Shown: in pieces, positions 46,097 to 60,305 of the stretch | Numbering within the stretch: position 1 is the first letter of the stretch | How the letters are laid out: each line of letters starts with the position of its first letter | NCBI GenBank assembly: GCA_964016885.1 | Contig: OZ024740.1 | Location: 332,196,001 to 332,260,000, forward strand | Reading direction: 5' to 3' | DNA length: 64,000 bases | DNA from: Eledone cirrhosa | Lineage: Eukaryota | Made by a program: the position numbers and the translations under genes | The notes under the pieces: generated by a model | Told to the model about the DNA's origin: nothing | The model's database searches: none | Seen by the model: the letters and a program-made list of their open reading frames with translations, nothing else

Positions 46097-49000
46097 GGCG
46101 ACCTACGTAGTAAATCGTATCATCGTGAACTCCGCAAAGGTTTGTTATTTCCGTTTGCTAAAAATTGCCATTTATGGAAAATTTTTATTGTTAACTATAT
46201 ATAAGCGCACATACATTGTTTTCCGAAAAGGACACCCAAAAAGATTGGGGCCTTGTGCCCAAAATTTAAACTTTTATGATTATCAAAAAATTTCTTTGAA
46301 AAAAATGGCTAATTCACCACTGCACCAAGCAGCTGAAAGCCTTTCTCACAAATTAACACCTCACACTGACACCACCATTGTAAATGATATTACGTCTGCC
46401 AACACACACAATTTAAGCACTAGCAATATTTTAAATTTGTCTCAGACAGACATTCATTTCCCGCCATTACCAATGACTGCAGGTGTTAAGCCGCCACCAC
46501 CACCACCGCGACAACAGAAACAAAAGGAAAAAATAAATCAACTCGTGATGTCGAAATATTTTCAACCAAAATGGACTCTCCCAAACCGAATTTAACTGAC
46601 GTCACCACCACCACCACCACCACAATGAAACTAAAATTAATAATAACAAAAATAACGATAGCAACAACAACAACAATGACATTAAAAAAACCACCCTGAG
46701 TTTTGCCAGAGTAGCAAAACAGATCGAATCATTTACGGTAACTCAGGAGGATTTAGAAAATGCCAAACAAATGGTAAAGAAAGATGGGTACAGGGTCAGC
46801 CTCCCCCCCCCACACACACCTAATAAAATGGACCATCGGCGCCTATGCACTGTGTCGTATCGAACAATAAATGTAAAATCGCGCCGAGTGGAACGGGCAT
46901 CCGAGTCCCAAATTCAAAAAGCTTTGGGACATGTGTGGGCAAGAAGTATAGAACCGTGGACGTTTTCTTTGAAACACCAGAGGAGGCTAGAGAACACTCC
47001 ATGGCCCCATTAAGAAGTGACGACTTCACACTCGGCCCAAGCTATTGTGGCCAGAGACTCGTAAAGATCAGGGTGACCCACGTTCCACCGGCCATCAAAA
47101 TTCCCTGGTTAATAGCGGCCGTCCTCGCCGGCATCGAAGCCAACACAAAGATAATAGCAATAGCAAAGGAAAAGCAAGAGAACTGGTCCGGATCTGGGAT
47201 GGAGCTCCTGATCCAAGCGGACCAAAACAGCTTTGAGGAGATACCAGAGGTAATCAACCTCACTGACGGCAGCCACCTCACCGTAATTGTCGAGGGCAGA
47301 AGGCCTAGGTGTGTCGTTTGTGGTGAAGGAACCCACCTAAGGGCTTTCTGCCCTCAGGCTAAAAGGTTGAGGCCACCTCTCCTACCCACCCCAGTGACAC
47401 GACCATCAACACCAACAGTAGCAGAAATGGCAGCAACAACTGTAGCAGCAACAACAGAAGCAACTATAACAGCAACAACCCCAGCAACAGTAGCAAAACC
47501 AACACCACCACCACCAGCAAAACCAACACCACCACCACCCAACGCTTCATAACTAGCACCAGCGCCTACACCATCCACCACGCCACAACAAAAACTAACG
47601 CCTGTGGAGGATGTTTCACTCTCCGGCCTATCACAACTGGAGACAGATTGTGACGACGTGGAGTGGGAAACGGTATCAGGAAATAAAAAAAGAAACCCAA
47701 AAAAAAATATTCTCTTCCTTCCCCCTCCAAAAACAAAATACAGAGGGAAACAAATAAATTAACAAACAAAAAAATTAGGACAGATATGCCACCATCCACA
47801 CCAGCATCACCAACCCTATCAACACAAACACCAACACCATCACCTTCATTAACCCCAACACCACCATCACCTACACCACAAAAGTCACCAAAATGCGAAA
47901 CAGAAACAAACCCACAACAAACGCAAACAAAACGATACACACTACACAGCATTAAATTTGAACAACAAGCAATTATTACACTACATACAACATAACACCA
48001 GCATCACAGAAAAAGACTACACAACAACCCAAAAATTCACACCACCTCCACACATACAAATCACTCGCATCACACAGAAAACGTACAAGACACTGAAACA
48101 AAAATTCCCCAAAGACATCGGAGACTTCCGACAAGCACTCTCCAGAAGAATTTATAAGGACATTCTTCCTGAGGAGGCCACAAGCAGTGAAAAGGATGGA
48201 AAAACCGTCCTTCCCCTACAAGAAGTAAGGTAAGTGGTCTTTCCCATCTTTTCCACTCCTTTTCAACATGACCTCACTCAGAATAGGCAGCATAAATGCG
48301 CGTGGCTTGGGGTCGTCATGGAAGCAGGGCCACCTGCGCAACGACCTAAGGCCACTAAACATAGATGTAGTGGCCATAAGCGAGACCAGAATCTCCGAAG
48401 CACGGGCCTTCGCACCGATCTTCGGCGGCTACGATGTGTACGCATCTCCCAGCCGTCCGGGATCGGGGGGAGAAGTTGCTGTGCTTTTTCGGAGAGGTTT
48501 GGATCTTGCCATACGGGCCATCTTCCTGGACCCAGAAGGTAAGTTGGTGGTGCTGGACGTGACCAGCGGAGACGGGCAAGTTTTCAGGTTAGTGGCCGTC
48601 TATGCCCCGACAGGAGCAGGGCGGCCTGATTTCTTCCGGCGTCTGGAGACCTTTCTTGGAACGTCCAGCTCTTTAGTGTTAGTGGGCGACTGGAACGGGA
48701 TCTTAGATGCACGCTGGGATTGTGTGGGATTAGTGGATAGGAAGGAGGGTGCAAGAGTCTCACCAATCTGCTCAGGCGTTTTGAACTGTCTGACAGGTAC
48801 CGAATGGATTTCCCGAATGTACCAATGTGGACTAGGACAAATCGCATAGGGTCATCCAGATCATATCTAGATAGAGTATTTTGTGGGAAATAGCATAGGC
48901 TGTCCACAATTCAAGATAGTCAGCTACACGGACCACAAATTCGTGATCTATTTGCTTGACTTAGATAGGCTTCACAGACGAGGACCCGGCTACTGGAAGC

Positions 49001-51916
49001 TAAACGCGTCCTTACCAGCGCGCAAGGCCTACAGAGACCGGATTAGCGAACTAGTTAAGCGGGCGTTGACGGGGGCCATCGTCAACAACAAGTGGTGGTT
49101 TGCTCTGAAAAGAGCAATTAGAATAGAGTCCATTAGGTTTAGTAAGGCTTTAACAATAGAGAAAAATAGAGCAGAGGGAGAATTAGTTAGAAAATTAGAC
49201 GAGGCGCTTAGCAAAGGCATCGCGACCGACGTACTTGCGGCAAAATTGGCCCTTGACCAATTCTTCAATGCAAAGCACGAAGGCTGCGTTGTCAGAGCTA
49301 GGGTGCGTGCTCTCAGACACGAGGGGACAAAAGCCGTTCAATGGGCCCGAGTGGCGGAGGCGCGTCGTGGCAATAAAGCCACGATCCGGTCTTTGGTGGA
49401 CCACGAGGGGCGCATGCTACTCGATCCCGGGAAAATGTGTGAAGCTTTTCAGCGACACTTCGCTCAAATGTTCGGGGGCAGTGGCGGGCCGGGTCGAGGG
49501 ATGGACTTTAGTGTCTACCTCGACGGACTGCCGCGGCTTTCGGCCACTGAGGCGGAGTGTTGCGAAAAGCCGATAACAACCGCTGGCAACAACGGGAGGC
49601 AATGACTGGCTGCACAAGGGGTAAATCGCCTGGTTTAGATGGTCTGCCCTATGAACTTTACGTACAAATTCCAGACTTGTTCGGAGGCCTCTTGGCGGAC
49701 GTCTACTGCAACTGGCAACAGAACGGGAGAATTCCCAGCTCTGTGAGCCGAGGAGCTGTGGCGCTGCTGAGAAAGGATCCGAACAAGGGGGATAACATCG
49801 ATAATTTTAGGCCCATAACTCTGCTAAACACAGAGTTCAAGATTTTGGCCAAGGTGCTAGCAAAGAGGTTGGCGCTTGTCGTTGGTGGTCTGGTGGGAGA
49901 GGCACAGACATGCGCCATTCCCGACAGATCCATCCACGACAACCTCCACCTCATGCGATACATCGTAGAGAGGGTAGCTAGGGAACCTAGCACGGGTGGG
50001 TCTTTGGTCAATTTAGATCAGTCGAAAGCCTTCGATAGGGTCGACCATCGTTACCTAGCGGCAGTCCTGAGGGCGGCTGGGTTTGGGCCCGTCTTCAGAG
50101 GCTGGATCGCTGCCATGCACAGCGACATCTGCTCTGTAGTGAGAGTGAACGGTCACCTTTCGGAACCGTTCAACATCATTACTCGGTCCGCCAAGGATGT
50201 CCCCTCTCGTCCCTATTGTACGTATTGACTCTCGAGCCATTACTGCACAAACTGGAGACGTTGAGGGGGGTCCCGCGCGATCTAGGATGCGCAAGATCCG
50301 TGTCAGCATATGCGGACGATGACACCGTAGTGGTGTCGAACGCCAAACACATCGAGGCGATCGGCACTACACTAAGAGAATACGAAGCGGTGACAGGAGC
50401 AATGATCAACCAGGAAAAGTCAGTGGGCCTGCAGCTCGGCACCTGGAGAGGCAGGTCCATGCCGTCCAACAGCGTCGTCGGGCGCTGGACGGACGGAACG
50501 GTTAAATTGCTAGGGGTCTGGTTCGGTCCAGACCTCCAGAGGACAAAAACTGGGACGAGGTGACGAGCAGGGTGGCTTCTCTCACCCAGAAATGGGCCGA
50601 GAGGAAGCTATCCCTGAAAGGTCGAGCGGAGGTGGCTAACGTGTACATCGCGTCCGTCATCTACTACCGCCTGACCGTCGTACCTTGTCCTAAGCCCCGC
50701 CTGACTGCGCTGGAGCGTTTGCTCTTTCGCTTCTTGTGGAAGGGACGCGCTCCGATGGTCAGGCGGTCCATCTGCTGTCAACACCCGCTACGTGGAGGGC
50801 TGGGCATGCCGTGGCTGATGATGCTCAGACACGCGTTCAGCCTACGACATCTCCACCTCTTCCTCGACGGTGACCAGGTGTGGTCGCCGTTTGCTAGACA
50901 CGTTTTTCCCCAGCTCGTCTCCTTGACGGAGCTACAGTCCTGGGTCAAGCGAAGACCGAGAGGGAGCGCTTGGAGACTGGAATGTCTTCAGGCGCTCACA
51001 GCCCTCGACCAATCGGGTAATGTGATCGGTGGACACTCCACCTTGGCGTTCTATAGGGGATTAGTGGAGTTTAAGAGCGACGACGTACTTGGAGAAACTC
51101 TAGGAGTCGACGAAAATCAACTAGCCAATCTCTTCAGAAGGACTTTCGGGCCGGGGCCTATGGAAGACTTCCAGAAATCCCTGGCCTGGCAGTGCTACCG
51201 GGGTGCTTTGCCAGTTCGGGATAAACTCTACAGGCATGGAGGTGCCGTCAACCGGGCATGTTCGAGATGCGCACAGGGCGACGAAACCGTCCTGCACGCA
51301 CTCGTCCAGTGTCCGAGCATTGCTGACTTGTGGGTTTATGTCGAACACCTGATGTCACGTGTAGGACGGATCCAGCTATCAGCTGAGTCCATCGTGAGGA
51401 TTGTCCCGCCCTCTTCCTTTAGCCGGGAAGGGCAGGCAATTTTTATCTGTCTGGTGGCCATGGCGAAAGAGATAGTATGGTGGACACGTTTGAAAGGGCT
51501 GAAGACGAGCACTTACCTCTTCGGTGATGCTCTGATTAACTTTTTCAAATTTTATTTGAAAAGGAAAATCAGGGTAGAGAGGGAAGTGCTCTCTTCCCAG
51601 CATTTTGTTGAAAGATGGGTGAGAGAAGCAAGTATGGCCCGAATGAATGGGCCTTCTCTGAGTATGTGTCTGTAAATTAAAGGTGGAAAACTGGGAGAGG
51701 GCACTTGCCCTGGTGGTCAGGGTCACTGTGGTCTTTTAATGGGCTTTCTCCACAAATGTCCCTCGGAAGTCTCCCCCCTATTAGGGAATTTTTCATTGTT
51801 ATTTTATTACATCATCTGTTTTTTACACGCATAAATGCCCATTTTACCGTCCTGTATTGTCCTGTACTGTCCTTAATGTCTACTTTATGTAAACCCTTGT
51901 GGTTAATAAAGAAAAC
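46097..51916 (+). mobile_element. L1/Tx1-clade LINE copy B, near full length (ORF1 CCHC; ORF2 APE-EN + RT + CCHC, several frameshifts)
   Basis: APE: SINARGL, DVVAISET, VYAP, LVGDWN, YLDR, TDHK. RT: GYWKLN, GKSPGLDGLPYELY, LDQSKAFDRVDH, YADD. C-terminal CSRCAQGDETVLHALVQC. Flanked by (ATT)n on both sides. Confidence 0.95.
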
Positions 51917-51969
51917 ATTATTATTAATATTATTATTATTATTATTATTAGTAGTAGTATTATTATTAT

Positions 51970-52184
51970 TGTTCTTTGAGTCTCAGTCATTGATGTTATT
52001 TAACTGAAAGTTTGTTGAAATTAATATCAAGCCGCTACCTGCAGCCTCAGACATTCAGGACGTATCGAGGGTTCTTGCTGTTCCCAGCAAGCATGCATTT
52101 GAAGTGTTCCAAAAAGCGGGGCTGGACTAATCTTCTTTAACCACCCTTGGAAACTCTTTGAGATAGTACCTAGTGCACCTATGG
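51970..52184 (-). mobile_element. 3' fragment of Dong/R4 family B
   Basis: GALGTISK...LLGTART end and 3' UTR matching 56879-57080; (TAA)n tail. Confidence 0.85.
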
Positions 52185-53277
52185 CAGTTGCATTTATCTT
52201 GCTTTATGTTCATACGAGTTATCACCATGTCACAATCAGTGACCTTAAGAGACAACAAGGTCCGCCATGTTCAAGAAAGAACATAAATACACACACATGC
52301 ATCTTTAGGTGTTTAGATTTGTGATGTACTTATATTGACAGAATCTTCCTTAGTATATGGGCAGTTCCCTTTATTATTATCTTTTGTATTTCTCCTATAC
52401 CCGGGTTTCCTGGGATTTGCGATAAGTAATCATTAGACGCCTTAGATATCATTCCTAGAGCGCCTTCAACCACTGGTATTGTTTTAGTTCTCAATTTCAA
52501 CATTTTTCCAATTTCTATCTCCAGGTCCTTATACTTGCTCAATTTTTCAAATGTTTTTATAGATACATTCTTGTCTATTGGAACGGACATATCAATTAGC
52601 AGGCATACCCTCTTTTTAAACTCCTTCAGTATTATATCAGGTCTATTTGCATCTATTTTTTGGTATGTTTGGATGCTAAAGTTCCACAAGATTGAGATGT
52701 GATCTTTTTCAAGTATGGGAGGAGGTTGATGCTCCCACCAATTCTTTTGATGGGGGCTGTCAAAATGCTTACACATTATCCAATGTATGTATTGTGAAGC
52801 TCTGTCATGCCTGTTTAGGTATTCGGTTGGAACTATAGAACTGCACATTGAAATTTTATGATCAATGGTCTCTGGTTCTTTTTTACATACACGGCATAAT
52901 GGGTTGCATCCATTTTTTTATTATGTTGGCTTCGTAATTATTTGTTGGCAGTTACTGATCTTGTGCTGATATAATCAGTCCTTCAGTGTCCGATTTCAGT
53001 CCAGCGGATGCCAACCACTGATGGGTTAAAGTTTTGTCAACATCGGGATTATTAGCTCTTTCTGGGTATTTTCCATACAGAGGCACTTCTTGCCATTTCT
53101 TAGCCAGTTTCTGTAGCAGTTCTTTCTTTGCAGTTACTTTTACCTGCTTTGCTTTTTCTGTGTTTTCCATTTCAGCAGTAAATGGGAATTCCGAAATTTG
53201 TAGTCCATTACTGTATCTTTGTGCATCTTTTGTAATGGAGTATGATCTTATGATGCTTTTGTGTTTCAAAACGAGTT
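52185..53277 (-). mobile_element. 5'-truncated Dong/R4 family A LINE (RLE domain)
   Basis: RHD...RPDIILK...LLIDMSVP...KLSKYKDL...GTAHILRKILSI; near-identical to 53300-54390. Confidence 0.92.
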
Positions 53278-53299
53278 TTTATTATTATTATTATTATTA

Positions 53300-56200
53300 C
53301 AGTTGCATTTATCTTGCTTTATGTTCATACGAGTTATCACCAAGTCACAACCAGTGACCTCAATAGACAACAAGGTCCGCCATGTTCAAGAAAGAACATA
53401 CATATTCACACATGCATCTTTAGTGTTTAGACTTGTGATGTACTTATATTGACAGAATCTTCCTTAGTATATGGGCAGTTCCCATTAGTACTATCTTTTG
53501 TATTTCTCCTATACGCGGGTTTCCTGGGATTTGCGATAAGTAATCATTAGACCCCTTAGGTATCATTCCCAGAGCGCCTACAACCACTGGTATTGTTTTA
53601 GTTCTCAATTTCAACATTTTTCCAATTTCTATCTCCAGGTCCTTATACTTGCTCAATTTTTCAAATGTTTTTATAGATACATTCTTGTCTATTGGAACAG
53701 ACATATCAATTAGCAGGCATACCCTCTTTTGAAAGTCTTTCAATATTATATCAGGTCTGTTTGCATCTATTTTTCGGTCTGTTTTGATGCTAAAGTTCCA
53801 CAAGATTGAGATGTGATCTTTTTCAAGTATGGGAGGTGGTTGATGCTCCCACCAATTCTTTTGATGGGGCAGGTCAAAATGCTTACACATTATCCAATGT
53901 ATGTATTGTGCAGCTCTGTCATGCCTGTTTAGGTATTCGGTTGGAGCTATAGGACTGCACATTGAAATTATATGGTCAATGGTCTCTGGTTGTTTTTTGC
54001 ATACACGGCATAATGGGCTGCACCCATTTTTTATTATGTTGGCTTGGTAATTTTTTGTTGGCAGACACTGATCTTGTGCCGATATAATCAGTCCTTCAGT
54101 CTCCAATTTCAGTCCAGAGGATGCCAACCACTGATGGGTTAAAGTTTTGTCAACATCAGGATTGTTAGCTCGCTCTGGGTATTTTCCATACAGAGGATTT
54201 TCTTGCCATTTCTTAGCCAGTTTCTGTAGCAGTTCTTTCTTTGCAGTTACTTTTACCTGCTTTGCTTTTTCTGTGTTTTCCATTTCAGCAGTAAATGGGA
54301 CTTCTGAAATTTGTAGTCCATTACTGTATCTTTGTGCATCTTTTGTAATGGAATATGATCTTTTGATGCTTTCGTGTTTCAAAACGAGTTTGATCATCCA
54401 ATCATGTGATTCCCTTAGATATGTAGATAATCCAATTGTTGCAGTTTTCAACGCAATGTCTAACTGGATTATCCCACGTCCTCCTTCTTTCCTAGGGAGA
54501 TATATTCTACCTATATCTGCCTTAGGGTGATGCATTCTGTGCATGGTTATGAATTTTCTAATTTTTGTATCGAGTCTACGGATCTCTGTGCTTGACCAGT
54601 TGATGACATTGTAACTGTAGGTTACTACTGGTATGGCAAGCGTGTTTATTGCATCGATCCTATTCCTTGCATTCAATTCCGTTCTTAAGATTGCTCTTAC
54701 TCTGCGGTAACATTCCTTCCTTATCCTTTCCCTCATTGTCGAGTGCTTGATTCCGTCTCCTTCACAAACACCTAGATATTTGTAAGTTTTTTCTTGATCA
54801 AGTTCTCTTATCACGTTCCCCCGATCAGCAGCTTTCCTCTGGTGAACGTTGCTTTGGCGCATTTATCTAGTCCAAACTCCATTTTAATGTCATCACTGAA
54901 CTGCTTCACAGTGGATAATAGCCCTTGCAATTGTTCATCATTTTTTGCAAATAGTTTCAGGTCATCCATGTAGAACAGGTGATTAATGGTTTTGTCATAG
55001 ACTTTATATCCATGTTTTGTTTCATTGAGCATTTTAATTAATGGTATAAGTGCGATGCAGAATAAAAGCGGTGATAAAGAGTCACCCTGAAAAATTCCAC
55101 AATTAATATTAACTTCTCCAGCTTCCAGTGATTTTGTTTCACTATTCAAAAGGAGTGTCGTTTTCCATGTCTTTATACTGAATGACAAAAACCTCCTGAC
55201 AACGGGGGATATTTTGAAAATCTCTAAACATTTTTCAATCCAACTGTGTGGCAAACTATCGAATGCTTTTTTATAATCTATCCAAGCAATCGATAGATTT
55301 TTGTGTCTATTATGACAATCTTCCAGTATCATTTTGTTAACCAGAAGCTGATCCTTACAGCCATATGAGCCTCGTTTACTCCTTTCTGCTCAATGGGAAA
55401 TAGGTCATTTGTTATCAGGTGGTCATATGTACATTCAGTTAGGACTGATGTTAACATGTTATACATTGTGGTCAAGCAAGTTATCGGTCTGTAATTTTTG
55501 GGATTGTTTGTCTCATCATTCTTCGGAAGCAGGAATGTAATGCCGTTAACTAGCCATGAAGGTATCTTTTCTGGCTCCTTAACTATTTCATTGTAAAGTT
55601 GGGCTAACAGCTCATGAGACTCTGTGAAGGCATTTATCCAAAAGTTTTGTATTTTGTCTTTTCCAGGGGATTTCCATTTGCTGGTTTTTCTTAGAGCCAA
55701 GCGCAACTGTTCAACTGTTATATTTTCCCATGTTTGTTCCTCAAGGTGAGCTGTATCTTTCATTTGTCTGTCTATCCATGGGGCATGTATGTTATGAACT
55801 TTTTCTTCGGCCCAGATCTTTTCCCAGAATTCTTGCACTTCCTCCTTGGGTGGTATTGATTTAGCAGTTATTGTTGACTTACCAATTTTTCTGTAGAAGT
55901 TTCTTTGGTTGTTTTTGAACATATTATTGTCCTTATAGAATCTAGATCGTTTTTCAAAGCGCCTTATACGAGCAGCTTTGGCCGACACTTTTTGCTTGAT
56001 TATTTCTATCAGCATGTCTATGTCACATGTTGATTTTATACTGTACTTTTTTTTCAATTTTCTAAGTTTAGTTTGTTTAACATGTTCACCTACTTTATAG
56101 TTTGTCAACATTTCTATGTCAGATCGGAGAAGGTTTATTTGGCGATTGATGTTCTCTTGCCAAGTAGATTTCTTGTGGGAATTCCTTTGTTTTTTCATCT

Positions 56201-56834
56201 TCACTCCACATAAGTGAGTGGTGACTTTAGCCGATGCATAATAGAGATGATTTAAATCAGTAATGTTTAGTTTGTTTGTGATGATAATTTTGAGAATTAT
56301 GTTAGTCTTGTGTATTATCTTTTGGTTCTGTTTGGAGTTCTGGATCTTAGGGAGGGTGTCTCGTTGCCCCATGTCAGATTCTTTCATTTTCATCCATTCG
56401 ATCATAATTTCATCCTTCAAGTTGGCAAGTTCATTCTCATTCATTTCTTTATCATTTACGATCTCATTATTTTCATTTGGAGTTTCATCCTGAGCATGCA
56501 CTCCCTCCACTTTTTCGCTCCTTTCTTTAATTTGTTCTGTTGCCAGTGATTCCGCCCCAACCCTGGGATTCGAAGTGTTACAGTTTAACTCGTTTTCACT
56601 GACACATGTTTCATTTTCCCTTCGCTGACTTTGTGCTAATAGCTTGATCTGATCAATTTCTATATCAGTTAGTAACTTTTTTCTTACAATATTTCTTCGT
56701 ATATTGGCTAGTTTGTTACTGTCAATATAGCCTCTGTTTTCGGGATGTTTCTTTTTCCAGTTGATATATGTCTGTTCTGTATTCGATGTATTTGATGGGT
56801 AGTACATGGCAGTGTAGAAAGCCTCAAGGACTTC

Positions 56835-56837
<3 letters not shown>
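53300..56837 (-). mobile_element. Near full-length R4/Dong-clade RLE LINE family A (RT + CCHC + PD-D/ExK endonuclease), two frameshifts
   Basis: ORFs 55329..56807, 54811..55332 and 53444..54862 contain [46 protein letters not shown]...H....C and RPD...D...K..KY. (TAA)n on both sides. Confidence 0.95.
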
Positions 56838-56878
<41 letters not shown>

Positions 56879-56879
<1 letters not shown>

Positions 56880-59800
56880 GTTATTTGAGTCTCAGTCATT
56901 GATGTTATTTAACTGGAAAGTTTGAAATGAATATCAATCCATTACCTGCTGCCTCAGATATCCAGGACGTAAGGAGTGTTCTTGCTGTTCCCAGCAAGCA
57001 TACCTTTTGAAGTGTTCCAAAAAGCGGGGCGGGACCAATTTTATTTAACCATCCTTTGAGATAGTACCTAGTGCGCCTATGACAATCGGGACAACTTTGA
57101 CTTCATGACAGTTCCAAATCCTTTTTACCTCCCACCTTAAGTCCTGGTATCGGTTAATTTTCTCCCGCTCCTTCTCTTGCACTCTTGTGTCGAATGGGCA
57201 GGCTACATCCACAATCAGGCACGATCTTCTTTCCTTCTCCAAAACCACCAGGTCAGGTCCATTGTGTTCCAGTTTCTTGTCCGTCTGTATCCTAAAATCC
57301 CACAGCACCTTCACCTGATCGTTTTTTATCACCGACTCTGGCTTATACTCATACCACTTTTCAGAATGTGGTAAATTGTTTACTTTGCATAGGTGCCAGT
57401 GGATTTCCCTGCCCATCACATCATGTATCCAGCATTTATAGTGAGTCTGGGCTAGGTGTTTACACTCGGATACAATGTGAGCCACAGTCTCCTCTCTCTC
57501 TCCACAGATCCTACAGTGGGCTAGCCTCCTCTTTGTAAATATGGTGTTTCACCCACTTCGTTTTGAGGGCCTGCTCCTGCGCAGCCATTAACATTCCTTC
57601 TGTAGCCTTTTAAAGGTCTCCTCTTTTCAACCAGTTCCATCTCTGTGGATCTCTAAATTCAGTTTTCTCAAAGAAGGTACTATAAAGGATTTTTCATGAA
57701 GGCTTGTCTTACTCCTTGTTGTTATTTCCTCCTTGGTCATCCCCTGGTCTATTGTCCTCTCCTTCAGTACAATTCTGAGCATTGGATCCCTACTATCACT
57801 CACGTATTTGTGTAGGTTGTTTTTCTCCATCTGAACACAGTCCTCTATGCTGATAAGACCTCTTCCACCTTCAGATCTCCTTAAGTAGAGTCTATCGACA
57901 TCACTCCTCTTGTGGAACCTGTTGTAGATAGTCAATAGCTTCCTAGTCTTCCTATACATTTCTTTTTGTTCAGCAACATTCCATCTCAGAATTCCCGCAC
58001 TGTACCTAATAATAGACACAGCTCGGGAATTTACTGCACATATGGCATTCCTACTGTTGAGATGTGACTTTAATACGCTCCTTACTCTCCGAATGTATTC
58101 AGATCTTATCAATTCCTTCATTTTTTTATTCTTGATGTCATCAGCTTCCAGAATACCTAAATATGTGTATCCTTCTTCAGTATCAATTTCCTTTATCATC
58201 TCACCTGTTGGTACCTGGATTCCGTTGCTTCTGCTCATATTACCCCTCTTCATCACAAGGACTCCACACTTATTAATATCAAATTGCATACATATATTAT
58301 TCCCAAGGATTCTCCAGTTGATGTTAACTCTGTTTCCCAGGACTTCATATTTTGCTCAACAACTGTCTGATGTTATCTGCCACCTTACAGATCTCTAGGC
58401 GTTTGGTTATCCAACAATGAGGTACCATGTCGAATGCCTTTTTGTAGTCTATCCATCCCATGTCAAGACCAGTGTGCCTCCTCCTGCAATTCCTCATTAC
58501 CATCTTATCAATAAGTAACTTGTCCTTTGTACCACTTCTTTCGGCATCCTTTCTGTTCGTCTGGTAACAAGCTGTTTGTGTGGAGGTGATGGTAGATTTC
58601 CTCAGACACAATGCTTGTTAACAGTTTCCACATTACGGACAGACATGTGATAGGTCTATAGTTGGTAACATCATTACCCTTGGTTCGGTCTTTCATTACC
58701 AGAACTGTGGTACCTTTTGTCAACCACTCTGTTACCTCACCTGACATCAAACAGTCATTGAACATGGTTGTCAGTTTCGGGTGGAGTGTTACATTTTTAA
58801 TCGAATACCCCTGCACACCATCTGCGCCTGGTGATTTCCAGTTGGTTAGTTTTCTGGCCTGCCCCTTAAGAGTTTCAACTGTGTTACTCAAATCAGTTTG
58901 TTGGTGTGCTTGTTCACTAATCTCTTTTTGTACTGTCTCAATCCACACTGCCTGATCATTATGTTTAACATCCTGCTCCCATATTCCTCTCTAGAATGTC
59001 TTAGTTTGTTGAGCCTCAGGGATCAAGTCGTTGCCTCTTTCTTTCCCTTCAAGCTGTACAAACAACATCTTCTGGTTGTTGTCAAACATGCGGTTCTGTC
59101 AATACTGACTTACTCTGCTCTCGTATCGCCTAATCTTTGAGCTCTTTGCTACAATGCGTTGCTCCAGTTCCTCTATGATAATATTTAACTTTTTCCTCCT
59201 AGTTTTGTACTTTATATCCAGTCTATTTTTAGTGTCTATGTTTTGTAGTGTCCCATTCAGTAGGAACTCAAGCTTTCCAATGTCATTTTTCATTTCCCTG
59301 ATTTGACCATTCAGTCGTTTCATCCACCAAGGTTCTGATCTTTCTTGTTTGTTGTTCCCTCTCGCTTTTATGCCCAGTAATTTCCTCACCGCATTTGCTA
59401 TTGCTTTGAGGATATTGTTGCACTGGTGAAGGTTCCTCGCCTCAAGGTATGGGATGATTTTGTTTACCTTAGCTGTTGTTTCTTTTAACTTTTTCCTGTC
59501 TACAAATCTTAGGTTCATAGGTTTCGCACTATCATTGTTCATTTCATCTACCACTAAGTTTAGGATATCAACCAAATCTTGTCCTAGCCCGTCAGCATTC
59601 ATTTCCTCAATGGCCGTATCTTTGTTAAAGGTATTATTTATTTCAGCATTCAGATCATTGTCTGCTTCGGATGCTTTGTTCGTTCTCTCAACCTCTTCAC
59701 CTTCATCTCCCATTGGCTCGTTTGCCTGGCATACTCCACTCTCCATTTCCATTCTAATCTCTCAGCTGATTTCTTCCAGTTCCAGCTCGCTTATCCACCC

Positions 59801-60250
59801 ATTAGTTCTTATCACCCGAGCCTGCCCGGGCTATTTTTGTTCATCTAATTTAAATAGACCAATCTCGTTCCAGATGCTATGCATCCGTTTCCTGTAGCCT
59901 TTTTGATTGGGGTTACTCTTCAGGTAACATTGCATAACAGTTCTATTCAATTATTTCGTCCAGTTGCTTCTGGTCCCTTTCCTTTTTCTTCTTCCTCCAA
60001 CACCAGCATTATTTGGATGACAGCCAAGTCCCTGCTGCTGAGACGGGGAGCACCTGCTGGGTGAGAGTCTGTCACATGACATTCCAGTCTCCACTTCACC
60101 GTTATTCGAACTGTTTAGGTTCGACATTTAAACACTCATATCGAGGATTGGTGATGTATGGTTACATAACCACCGGTGATTTCATCACCCCCAGTGATTT
60201 GATCACCCCCGGTGATTTTAGCGTGGCACTATCACGCTGTAGACGAACAT
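56879..60250 (-). mobile_element. Degenerate R4/Dong-clade LINE family B, with RT core deletion and 18-bp tandem repeats in the 5' UTR
   Basis: [50 protein letters not shown]...IVDVACP...K..RY. The GDSLSP/YMDD segment is missing near 58300. Three cc(g/a)gtgattt(c/g)atcaccc-like units at 60165-60220. Confidence 0.9.
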
Positions 60251-60305
60251 AAATAAATAAACAAATAAATAGGTGAAAACTTTAAAAATTAAGCATAAGT
60301 TTCAT

